Origin: Prevotella sp.
Lineage (GTDB): Bacteria > Bacteroidota > Bacteroidia > Bacteroidales > Dysgonomonadaceae
DNA: 17,055 bases
Direction: 5' to 3'
Assembly: GCA_031285625.1 (NCBI GenBank)
Contig: JAITVV010000005.1
Location: forward strand, 1-17,055
The notes under the pieces were generated by a model that saw only the letters and a program-made list of their open reading frames with translations, ran no database searches and was not told the origin of the DNA. A program made the position numbers and the translations under genes. This document shows positions 9,130 to 16,905 of this stretch, one piece after another. Numbering within the stretch: the first letter of the stretch is position 1; each line of letters opens with the position of its first letter.

Positions 9130-9807
9130 ATGAAAGCGGAAGAAATAGAATTGCAACTAAGAAGCGAAAAAGTTCGAAATATAGTTGGAGAGATTCCCTC
9201 AACCATAATGAGATATGGTTTATATATCATTATTATGTTTGTTTCTGTGATTTTCTTTTGTTTATCTATCATTCCAATTCGTGAACAGTATACAACTGAT
9301 ATAGTAATAAAATCAATACCTGAAAATGATATAATAACCTCCCCTATTGATGGACAAATTAATTATTCGATTGATGACAATCGTAATATAAACATAAATG
9401 AGGAAATAGGGCGGATTATCAACAATGATACAACATGTATAATTTATAGTAAAATATCCGGAATGGTAATTCGGAATCAGAAAAATAAAACGCATATAAC
9501 TCAAGATGATATTTTATACGAAATAAAACCGAACTATACTCAATACTTGTATGGCGAAATCTTGGTGCCAATTGATTTTATTAATAAGGACTATAATTCT
9601 TTTGATGTTGAGATTGTTACTCGTGAAGGTAATACAGTAAAAGGGGAAATAACACATATATATGAGATATTGGTAAACGAAGGAAGTGATCAATCGTATA
9701 AAGCGGACATATTAATTGACAGTAAGGCTTCTTTGCAAATAAATCTTATTTGTAAGGCTATCGTTACAATAAAGAGTGAGAGATTGATAAACAAAATATT
9801 CAGATGA
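9130..9807 (+). CDS. Short HlyD-like membrane fusion/adaptor protein
   Basis: N-terminal LRSEKVRNIVGEIP plus a TM helix, typical of Bacteroidota PCAT-associated HlyD proteins; lipoyl-like half motifs (ITSPIDGQI, IYSKISGMV). Starts 3 nt after the PCAT stop. Confidence 0.72.
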   Translation: MKAEEIELQLRSEKVRNIVGEIPSTIMRYGLYIIIMFVSVIFFCLSIIPIREQYTTDIVIKSIPENDIITSPIDGQINYSIDDNRNININEEIGRIINNDTTCIIYSKISGMVIRNQKNKTHITQDDILYEIKPNYTQYLYGEILVPIDFINKDYNSFDVEIVTREGNTVKGEITHIYEILVNEGSDQSYKADILIDSKASLQINLICKAIVTIKSERLINKIFR

Positions 9808-9851
9808 TGGCTTTTATATTTAGTAACCGTATGATTAAAAAAGGCATTAAC

Positions 9852-10415
9852 ATGAAGTATAATCTAAAGTATCCAACGTTGTTTCTTTTCTTATTTCTAT
9901 CTATAAGTAGCATCATGGCTCAAGTAGATTATATAGAAAAGAGAAACAATGTAGGCGATATTCCATTTAATCCGGACACAGATGATTCTTCGTTTGAACT
10001 GATAGACGAAAATAATATATTACCGTATAATATGGTATGTGGTTTTCTTATCGAAGGTGAAAAATATAGGGTTGTGGATTATTTTAATGAGAAATTCAAA
10101 TCTGATACCATTATAGGGGCTAACGGATATATAACGATACGATTTATTGTAAATTATAAAGGAAAAACAGATCGGTTTAGGGTTTATGAAATGGACAATG
10201 AATATAGACAAATTAAATTCCCCGAAAACATAACACAATCTCTTTTGGAGTTAACAAAAAAAATAGACCGATGGATTACCTCATTGGATTATAAATTAGA
10301 CCGTTACAATTGTATAGAGATAATGGATAATGGAAATAAAAAATATTTATATGATTACTATCAATATATCTTATTCAAAATCAAAGATGGACAAATTGAA
10401 ACGATTCTACCTTAA
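9852..10415 (+). CDS. Exported hypothetical protein with a TonB C-terminal-like segment
   Basis: Starting at ATG 9852 gives a clean signal peptide (MKYNLKYPTLFLFLFLSISSIMA|Q); the track starts at 9804. GYITIRFIVNYKGKTDRFRV resembles the TonB_C pattern G.V.V.F.V...G.V. Confidence 0.6.
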   Translation: MKYNLKYPTLFLFLFLSISSIMAQVDYIEKRNNVGDIPFNPDTDDSSFELIDENNILPYNMVCGFLIEGEKYRVVDYFNEKFKSDTIIGANGYITIRFIVNYKGKTDRFRVYEMDNEYRQIKFPENITQSLLELTKKIDRWITSLDYKLDRYNCIEIMDNGNKKYLYDYYQYILFKIKDGQIETILP

Positions 10416-11238
10416 ATCAATATTGTTGTGTACTTTTTTATTCTGGTTCGAAGGACAAACTTTCGGACAAACAAATTGCCAGGCTTTATTTGAGAAAGAT
10501 TCTCCGGAATATTGCGCATGTATGTTGATATATGGAGGTGATGCCATCAAAGGAAAGGCTCGCTATCAAGGTTCAAAAGAGTCACAGGCTTTATGTGATT
10601 CTGCTATAATGCTTTTTCCTTCGTTTGCGGATTCTTATTATATAAAAGCCATTCCATTTTTAAAAAGAGGCGAATTCGGTTTATGGAAAACAATTATTGA
10701 TAAGGCGGTAGAATATGATTCTCTATTATATTTGGGATATAGAGGAGGTGCACAATTTATGTTTTTAAGAAATTATGAAGGAGCAATAAAAGATATTGAA
10801 ACCTTAAAGTCCATATATAAATCGGATATAGGCGCCATCTATAATGGTGAATACCATTTGGAAATAATAAGGTCTTTATCTTATAAAGGGTTAGGAGATA
10901 CCATTCAAGCTATAAAAATTTTAGAGGATCATATAATTGAATATGAGGCAGGTCTTTATGGATATTATCATTTAGGAGTAATGTACTTTGAAGAAAATAG
11001 ATATTTAGATGCTATAAAAACATTCTTAAAGCAATCCGCATCTTACGATTTTGCAGATCTTAATTATTTCATTGGACTGTCTTATAAAAATATAGGAGAA
11101 GATGATAAATATAAAAAGGCGATTCAAAAGGCTTATGATTTATATCTGGAGGGTCGAATGCTTTGCGGTAATGGAAGTTTTATGGACTATCCGGATAAAG
11201 TTTATTTGAAGCAAATCAAGAAAGCTATGATTCAGTAG
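10387..11238 (+). CDS. Exported TPR-repeat protein with Cys-containing N-terminus
   Basis: Probable start ATG 10387 (track gives 10330), signal peptide ..ILLCTFLFWFEGQTFG|Q, TPR-like repeats (YYHLGVMYFEENRYLDAIKTF; NYFIGLSYKNIGE). Overlaps the upstream gene. Confidence 0.7.
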   Translation: MDKLKRFYLKSILLCTFLFWFEGQTFGQTNCQALFEKDSPEYCACMLIYGGDAIKGKARYQGSKESQALCDSAIMLFPSFADSYYIKAIPFLKRGEFGLWKTIIDKAVEYDSLLYLGYRGGAQFMFLRNYEGAIKDIETLKSIYKSDIGAIYNGEYHLEIIRSLSYKGLGDTIQAIKILEDHIIEYEAGLYGYYHLGVMYFEENRYLDAIKTFLKQSASYDFADLNYFIGLSYKNIGEDDKYKKAIQKAYDLYLEGRMLCGNGSFMDYPDKVYLKQIKKAMIQ

Positions 11239-11448
11239 TTAAGAACTTATTGAGTTACACAAACCTTGTAAGAAAAGAGTTTTTGATGAAATATTCTATG
11301 GATGAGGACGAAAGCTGTATCCCTTTTATGAAAACTTTACAGGTATTATAATAGGCTTTAGAATGACAGGATAAAAAGAGAAATGCCCCAATGTAGAGGA
11401 GTCACCTACCTCTCCCGTTCAATTCCAATTAAGAAACTTCAAAAAATA

Positions 11449-11486
11449 AGTTTTCGGCTATCAAGCTGAAAACTGTTTTCTTTTTT
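11449..11486 (+). terminator. Intrinsic terminator-like hairpin just upstream of rteC
   Basis: AGTTTTCGGCT-atca-AGCTGAAAACT (11 bp, one G:U pair) followed by GTTTTCTTTTTT. Confidence 0.55.
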
Positions 11487-11510
11487 ATAAACCAATTAAA
11501 ATTACATTTT

Positions 11511-12183
11511 ATGAAAAGGTTCATTTCAACGAAGTTTATCCATACATTACGGGAAGCTTCACAAAAAGGCATCGATGCAGATGTCGAAGTATTGGAAAAC
11601 AGATACGAGGAGTTCGTCCGACTCTTGTTCTCTCAGTGTACTATCCTATCCGACAGGGCGGCGTGCTATAACACATTAGTTTATACCCACGCCGAACTTG
11701 CAGGTTTGACAGTGGTATCGGGAAAAAAATGCAGCTTATCTTAGGAAAGCTCTCGAACTTATAGAGTCCGAATTAGAACTACTCAAATTAAAGATTCGAC
11801 ATCCGGAACAATTTACTGCGTCGTCCGCCTCTCTGCCTTTGCCCGAAAAATGTCCAAAACAAACAGAAAAAACCAAGGATTCGGATTTTCAGTTGGAATG
11901 GACGGATGATGTCATCAAGCTGCTGGAGCTGGCATTATCTGTTCACAGAGCACGGTCAATCAATCATGGCAAAATATCTATTACGGATGTCGTGAACTTC
12001 TTTTTCAAGCAGTTTGGCCTGAAGCCCGGTAATTTCTTTTCTACCTATGGTGTCATGCGCACCCGAGCCGGAAGCCGTACCAAATATTTAGATGAACTGA
12101 AAGCGGGATTGGAGGAGAAAATGGATGAGGATGACAGAAAAGAGGAGGTACAAAAGAACGATGTAAGGAAAGGACGCAGGTAA
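11511..12183 (+). CDS. rteC: RteC-family regulator of conjugative-transposon excision/transfer, split by a +1 frameshift at about 11720-11730 (recoded gene or pseudogene)
   Basis: The 3' ORF has the RteC-like pattern LEWT..LLEL..SINHG..I..FF..F..Y..MRTR..SRTKYLDEL...M. Its frame is open from 11710 and reads NAAYLRKALELIESELELLKLKIRHPEQF upstream of the track start. Removing one A from the A7 run joins both ORFs into 223 aa. Confidence 0.78.
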
Positions 12184-12200
12184 ATGAGGCTTTTCTAAAA

Positions 12201-12234
12201 GAGGGAGGAGATTCCGGTTGAGATCTCCTCTCTT
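12201..12234. terminator. Probable bidirectional terminator between convergent rteC and PIN genes
   Basis: GAGGAGAT (12205-12212) pairs with ATCTCCTC (12223-12230), extendable with G:U pairs; there is an A run before and T-rich sequence after. Confidence 0.55.
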
Positions 12235-12311
12235 TGCCTTTTATTTCTGTTGCAATAGATGTGCCGGTTATTGCAATATCATCTCCATGAGTTTGATTGA
12301 AAAAGGACAAC

Positions 12312-12818
12312 TTATTTCCACTTTTTTAAGCGAATGCCCATTTCTCTCACAAGTTCGGCATTATTTTGATAGACTATATTTGTTCGTATCAGAAATTCCA
12401 ATTTAGAAGCGGCGTCCAATGGTGACAGAGAATCACATTCTACTAATCTATCGAATATCCAAAGCATTCCATGATATTCGATAGAGCTTTTCTTAGCACA
12501 AGTCCTCACAGCCTTATCGCTACTTAAAACCATCGCACCTATTTTTTCAGCAAGGAATAATACTGTCTTGTCATTTTCGGATAATGCTTTGGGATAATTT
12601 TTCTCTTGCATTTTTATTCTATCCTCTGCCGGTAGATTATGAATGGTTAATTTCCCAACAGAGTGAAATGCGGATAAAATATCTTGCTGTTGAGGATATA
12701 ATTCATTAAAAACATCCAAAGAAGTGTGTATCTCCATATCCAAAGAAAATAGGAGATTGGTTAGTTTCAGGTTATGCAAGTCTATAAAAATGCACGCATC
12801 CGTAATAGCGATTCTCAT
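12312..12818 (-). CDS. PIN-like domain protein (putative ribonuclease toxin)
   Basis: N-terminal IAITDACIFIDL, VFNEL, LSENDK and LSSDK supply the PIN-type acidic residues. ATGA overlap with the upstream peptidase gene. Confidence 0.78.
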   Translation of the reverse strand: MRIAITDACIFIDLHNLKLTNLLFSLDMEIHTSLDVFNELYPQQQDILSAFHSVGKLTIHNLPAEDRIKMQEKNYPKALSENDKTVLFLAEKIGAMVLSSDKAVRTCAKKSSIEYHGMLWIFDRLVECDSLSPLDAASKLEFLIRTNIVYQNNAELVREMGIRLKKWK

Positions 12819-13882
12819 TGCACTGTAGTGATTTGTTTATGAAAATCTATCAGAGATTGGTTGTTTAATACGGCAGCCTTATTCATAGATATGAGTTCTT
12901 CTGCTAATGCCCTAAATAACAACTGGGTAAAGCGATTTGATTCTTCCAGCCCGGTGTATTGTACAGGTTCTATGATTTTCCAATCATTGTGCAGAATTAT
13001 ATATACTAATTGATTCAGATGAGTTTCTGAAATAATATTGAGATCTTTACACCTGTACATTAAAGCCTGAATTGAAATTCCATATTGCTTTTTCAACTCT
13101 CCCAATTCTTGGATAAACAGTTTTTTTCGGGCTATTCCCAATTCCTTTTGAATGGCCGCTTTAGGAATCAACATGGCTGCTGCAAACTGATTACAATATT
13201 TTTCTTTCATTTTATCGGAAAGTTCCCCTAACGGAAGTAGCAAATGGCCTAATTCGTGTAATACCGTAAACCGGATTCTGTCTGCTGATTTTAACTTATT
13301 CTCGTTTATTACAATAACGGGAATCGTTTGATTGAGCCAAGTTTGCATGCCGTCAAAACTGTCTTCCGAATGAACTAAAACAACTTTGATGTGATTATCT
13401 TCCAATAATTCAATCGTGTTGTAAATAGGGTCTAAACCCAAATTCCAAGAATTTCTAACTTGCAATGCGGCTTCTTCAATAGCTTCAATAGCTTCAATAG
13501 AGGAAATTACGGGGAATTCTTTCAGAGGGTTTTCAAAATTGGTTCCAATTCCCAGTATTTCTTCCAACTCCAGATAGCGGGACAATACATCCTTAGTGTG
13601 TTCGACGATCTTATTCTGTTCTTTTACGGGTAGTTTTGTCAGCTTTCTAAACTCCAAATTCCCTAACTCAACTTTTGTATCCCTGAAAAAGAAGTCGGGC
13701 TGCACATGAAGTGCCTTACTTAAATGGCTGATCATCTCACTGTCCGGGATGACCTCTCCTTTTTCATATTTATGTAGTGCTTGACGGGATATTTTGTTAC
13801 CGAGAGCATCCGCTAAATCTTGTAATGAGAATCCATTTAAGATACGGGCAGATTTAAACCGTTCCGAAAATAACATATTCAT
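12815..13882 (-). CDS. XRE-family HTH fused to an ImmA/IrrE-family Zn metallopeptidase (COG2856-like)
   Basis: ERFKSARILNGFSLQDLA..ISRQALHKYEKG (XRE HTH), RIRFTVLHELGH (HExxH), EKYCNQFAAAMLIP, and YGISIQALMYR. Confidence 0.92.
   Translation of the reverse strand: MNMLFSERFKSARILNGFSLQDLADALGNKISRQALHKYEKGEVIPDSEMISHLSKALHVQPDFFFRDTKVELGNLEFRKLTKLPVKEQNKIVEHTKDVLSRYLELEEILGIGTNFENPLKEFPVISSIEAIEAIEEAALQVRNSWNLGLDPIYNTIELLEDNHIKVVLVHSEDSFDGMQTWLNQTIPVIVINENKLKSADRIRFTVLHELGHLLLPLGELSDKMKEKYCNQFAAAMLIPKAAIQKELGIARKKLFIQELGELKKQYGISIQALMYRCKDLNIISETHLNQLVYIILHNDWKIIEPVQYTGLEESNRFTQLLFRALAEELISMNKAAVLNNQSLIDFHKQITTVQ
13474..13500. repeat. 9-bp tandem repeat x3 within the HTH-peptidase gene
   Basis: CTTCAATAG at 13474, 13483 and 13492; encodes IEAIEAIE on the minus strand. 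Confidence 0.85.
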
Positions 13883-13954
13883 GATAGTTCCTTCCTTTAT
13901 TCTTTATATTATTCAAGACAGTCTAATGTAATAACAACGATTGCCTGTATTTGG

Positions 13955-13989
13955 TTGACAAAGATATGAATTTATTTTAGATTTGTCAA
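13955..13989. promoter_or_regulatory. Overlapping divergent Bacteroidota promoters forming the palindrome TTGACAAA-N19-TTTGTCAA
   Basis: Plus strand: TTG 13955-57, N20, TAGATTTG 13978-85. Minus strand: TTG (complement of 13987-89), N20, TATCTTTG (complement of 13959-66). Confidence 0.75.
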
Positions 13990-14057
13990 TCTGTCATAGG
14001 ATTTTTTTTCTGTCAGAATACGGATATGACAAGACTGACAATGTGTCTTAAAAAGCA

Positions 14058-14104
14058 ATCTGGTTGACAATTTAATATATTGGTATATTATTTGTCAACC
14101 AGAT
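14058..14104. promoter_or_regulatory. Long palindrome, putative operator upstream of CBASS
   Basis: Perfect 13-bp arms ATCTGGTTGACAA / TTGTCAACCAGAT with an inner TAATATA-ttgg-TATATTA. TTGACA-N23-TGTCAA spacing is identical to the 13955-13989 copy. Confidence 0.75.
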
Positions 14105-14153
14105 ATATAAAGAATATCTTTATGAATTATAAAAATAAATCATTGATAATAAG

Positions 14154-15272
14154 ATGAGCGATACAAAAATAAGTCCGAAGAACCAAAATCTCCTATGGGC
14201 AATTTCTGGTGGAAGATGTGAATATGCAGGATGCAATAAAATTTTGCATACAGACATTCTGACCAACAAAAAGCGTAATAGTGCCTACATTGCCCATATC
14301 GTTGGTGATAAACCCACCGGGCCGAGAGGCGATGAAGAGCGATCGAAGTTATTGGCAAATGATATCAATAACTTAATGCTACTTTGCGATACACACCACA
14401 GAATGATAGATGACGAGATTATATATACAGAAACTTGCCTTCTTGAAATGAAGCGGCAGCATGAAGAACGTATCAGACGAATAACTGATATAGCACCTAA
14501 TATGTCCAGTGAAATAATCTTATATGGGGCGAATATAGGAATTAACAATGCTCCCTTGTCCTACCAGTCAGCTTGTGAAGCTTTGTTACATGATTATTAT
14601 CCGGCAAGCGACAGTGCCATAGAATTGAGATTGAAGAATGTGCCATTTACGGATGATACCGATACCTATTGGAAAATGGAAGAGGCTAATCTTTGTGAAC
14701 AATTTAAGCTACAGATAAAGCCTCGATTGATGCAAGGAAATACCGACCATTATTCTGTATTCGCACTTGCACCGCAACCGTTACTTGTAAAATTGGGAGT
14801 TTTGTTGAATGATTTGAATAACGTGAAAGTATATCAAAAACACAGGGAACCTTCCACATGGAAGTGGCAAACAACTTCTCCTGATATTGAATATATCCTT
14901 CGTGAGCCTGCTGATAAGACGAAAGTTCCTGTACTCGTATTTAGTTTGAGTGCGACAGTAACATACGATAGAATACAAAAAGCGTTGGGGGGTAATGCAA
15001 GTATATGGGAAATCACAATAAGCGGTACTCCCCATAACGATGTTTTAAAAACAGAAGTATTGTTGTCTGATTTTCGTTGTATCGTCAGAAATACTTTTGA
15101 CAAAATAAAATCTCATCATGGTTGTACGGAATTACATATTTTTCCGGCGATGCCTGTTTCTGCATCCGTTGAATTGGGTAGAGTCTGGATGCCCAAAGTT
15201 GATATGCCTATGGTAATATATGATGCGAACAAGGCAAAGAACGATTTTTACAAGACAATAACAATAAGATAA
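14154..15272 (+). CDS. cap5: CBASS effector, HNH endonuclease-SAVED (Cap5-like)
   Basis: GRCEYAGC..IAHIV..GPRG..NLMLLCDTHHRMID (Zn-binding HNH) and a C-terminal SAVED domain (FALAPQPLLVKLG, VYQKHR, LHIFPAMPVSASVELGR). Adjacent to the CD-NTase. Confidence 0.9.
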   Translation: MSDTKISPKNQNLLWAISGGRCEYAGCNKILHTDILTNKKRNSAYIAHIVGDKPTGPRGDEERSKLLANDINNLMLLCDTHHRMIDDEIIYTETCLLEMKRQHEERIRRITDIAPNMSSEIILYGANIGINNAPLSYQSACEALLHDYYPASDSAIELRLKNVPFTDDTDTYWKMEEANLCEQFKLQIKPRLMQGNTDHYSVFALAPQPLLVKLGVLLNDLNNVKVYQKHREPSTWKWQTTSPDIEYILREPADKTKVPVLVFSLSATVTYDRIQKALGGNASIWEITISGTPHNDVLKTEVLLSDFRCIVRNTFDKIKSHHGCTELHIFPAMPVSASVELGRVWMPKVDMPMVIYDANKAKNDFYKTITIR

Positions 15273-15278
15273 ATAGAT

Positions 15279-16505
15279 ATGCTAACGCAAGAAGAAAAAA
15301 AACAATTCAGTGAAATTTTAGAAACACTCGGCGAAACATTAGATATTACGGAATCCCAATATAAAGCCGCAGTTAGTAGTTATGGAGCTGTAGGCGAATG
15401 GCTGGCAAAACCCGAATCATCACTTGCTCCGTATAAACCTATTATTCGTCCACAAGGCTCATTCATGCTCGGAACAATGATTAAGCCTGTCTGTGAAGAA
15501 GATGATTTGGATATTGACTTAGTATGCGAATTGACTGGTAAGAATCCACAATGGACGCAATATCATCTCAAACAAGCCGTAGGAAATCGACTTAAGGCAA
15601 ACGAAACTTACAAAAACATGCTTGATAAGGAAGGTCGAAGGTGTTGGACATTAGAATATTCCGACAGTGCCAATTATCACATGGATATACTACCGAGCCT
15701 TGTTTGTAACGGATATGGTACTGTGCTTGAGAGAGCGTTTTCAGCTACAGCAATGGACAAAAACTATGAATCATTAGCAATACGTATTACCGATAATAAG
15801 CAAGACAACTATTATACGGACACAGTTGCCGAAAATTGGATGAAAAGCAATCCATTCGGTTATGGTAGGTGGTTTTTCAATGCGGCTGATGTTAGTACAC
15901 TACGCAGAACCATAATGTTATCGGATGCTGTAAATCCTGTTCCGAAGTATAATAAAGAGAAGTTGCCGCTTCAACGGGTAGTTCAAATTCTGAAACGACA
16001 TCGGGATATGATGTTTAATGGAGATGAACACAAACCTATTTCCATAATTATTACAACATTGGCTTCAAGAGCATACGGCAAAGAAACGTCCATTATTGAC
16101 GCATTAACGAATGTGGTTACCAATATGCGGAATGATATCGAAAGCCGTTATGATTCAAATACTGGCAGGATGGTTAAATGGATTCCAAATCCGGTGAATC
16201 CTGAAGAAAATTTCGCAGACAAATGGGTAGAACATCCTCAAAGGGAAAAGAATTTCTACAAATGGCTTGACCAAGTTGAATCTGATATACAAACCATTGT
16301 TCAGAAACGGGGGTTGCAATATATAGCTGACGCGATGAAAAAGCCTTTTGGAGATCAAGCTGTTACAAAAACCTTCTCCACTTTAGGTGAGAGGAGCCTT
16401 AATCTTCGGGAAAGTGGAACTCTAAAAATGGCAACAAGAACAGGTATCCTTAGTTCGGTTGGTTCTGTAACTGCTGCAGCACATAATTTTCATGGCAATG
16501 ATTAA
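15279..16505 (+). CDS. cGAS/DncV-like nucleotidyltransferase (CD-NTase, probably CdnG-like)
   Basis: PQGSFMLGTMIKP..DLDIDL, GRRCWTLEY, HMDILP, SNPFGYGRWF, QILKRHRD, PISIIITTL, NPVNPEENFADKW, and a C-terminal tail HNFHGND. Confidence 0.93.
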   Translation: MLTQEEKKQFSEILETLGETLDITESQYKAAVSSYGAVGEWLAKPESSLAPYKPIIRPQGSFMLGTMIKPVCEEDDLDIDLVCELTGKNPQWTQYHLKQAVGNRLKANETYKNMLDKEGRRCWTLEYSDSANYHMDILPSLVCNGYGTVLERAFSATAMDKNYESLAIRITDNKQDNYYTDTVAENWMKSNPFGYGRWFFNAADVSTLRRTIMLSDAVNPVPKYNKEKLPLQRVVQILKRHRDMMFNGDEHKPISIIITTLASRAYGKETSIIDALTNVVTNMRNDIESRYDSNTGRMVKWIPNPVNPEENFADKWVEHPQREKNFYKWLDQVESDIQTIVQKRGLQYIADAMKKPFGDQAVTKTFSTLGERSLNLRESGTLKMATRTGILSSVGSVTAAAHNFHGND

Positions 16506-16905
16506 AAGTAAAGAAATACCACTGATTATACAAGCAAGTAAATTGCAAGTATATTTTCCGGATTCGAAGTATTCTGTTAGACAGAACATTCTTGTATGGA
16601 AAGGCTATTTGCAGCCAACGTATTTAAGTCCAAAATATTTAATAAGAGTGGTTTATCAGCGTGAAAAACATCCTAACGTATATGTAATAGAGCCGAAACC
16701 TTTGACATTAGCCGAAGGAAAGTCAAAACTTGAACATGTATATGATACAGATAAACAACATCTTTGCATATACTATAAGAGGGCTAAAGAATGGAACGAA
16801 ACCAAGTTTATTGCGGATACCATTATTCCGTGGACAAGTGAATGGTTGCTTCATTATGAAATTTGGGTTACCACAGGTACTTGGCATGGTGGTGGAATAC
16901 ATTAA
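16492..16905 (+). CDS. Stand-alone prokaryotic E2-like protein of short type II CBASS
   Basis: WKGYLQPT..Y.IRVVY..P.VYV, LEHVY..HLCIY (catalytic Cys), TIIPWTSEWLLHYEIW..TGTWHGGGIH. Overlaps the CD-NTase stop; the start may be 16498. Confidence 0.85.
   Translation: MAMIKSKEIPLIIQASKLQVYFPDSKYSVRQNILVWKGYLQPTYLSPKYLIRVVYQREKHPNVYVIEPKPLTLAEGKSKLEHVYDTDKQHLCIYYKRAKEWNETKFIADTIIPWTSEWLLHYEIWVTTGTWHGGGIH

Noticed and set aside
12218-12406. 62-aa plus-strand ORF with CCNRC
   Set aside because: TTG start inside the terminator hairpin, and it overlaps the PIN gene antisense; no support as a peptide gene.
13955-14069. TTGACA read as E. coli-type sigma70 -35 boxes
   Set aside because: Gene content indicates Bacteroidota, whose primary sigma uses -33/-7 elements; these fit with 20-nt spacing and explain the motif better.
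328-16358. Antisense ORFs in the track (328-666, 1402-1689, 2645-2875, 4004-4207, 7230-7442, 7515-7709, 9313-9504, 10020-10238, 12053-12310, 14140-14358, 14285-14548, 14781-15035, 14834-15103, 16155-16358)
   Set aside because: All lie opposite well-supported genes and show no motifs; shadow ORFs.
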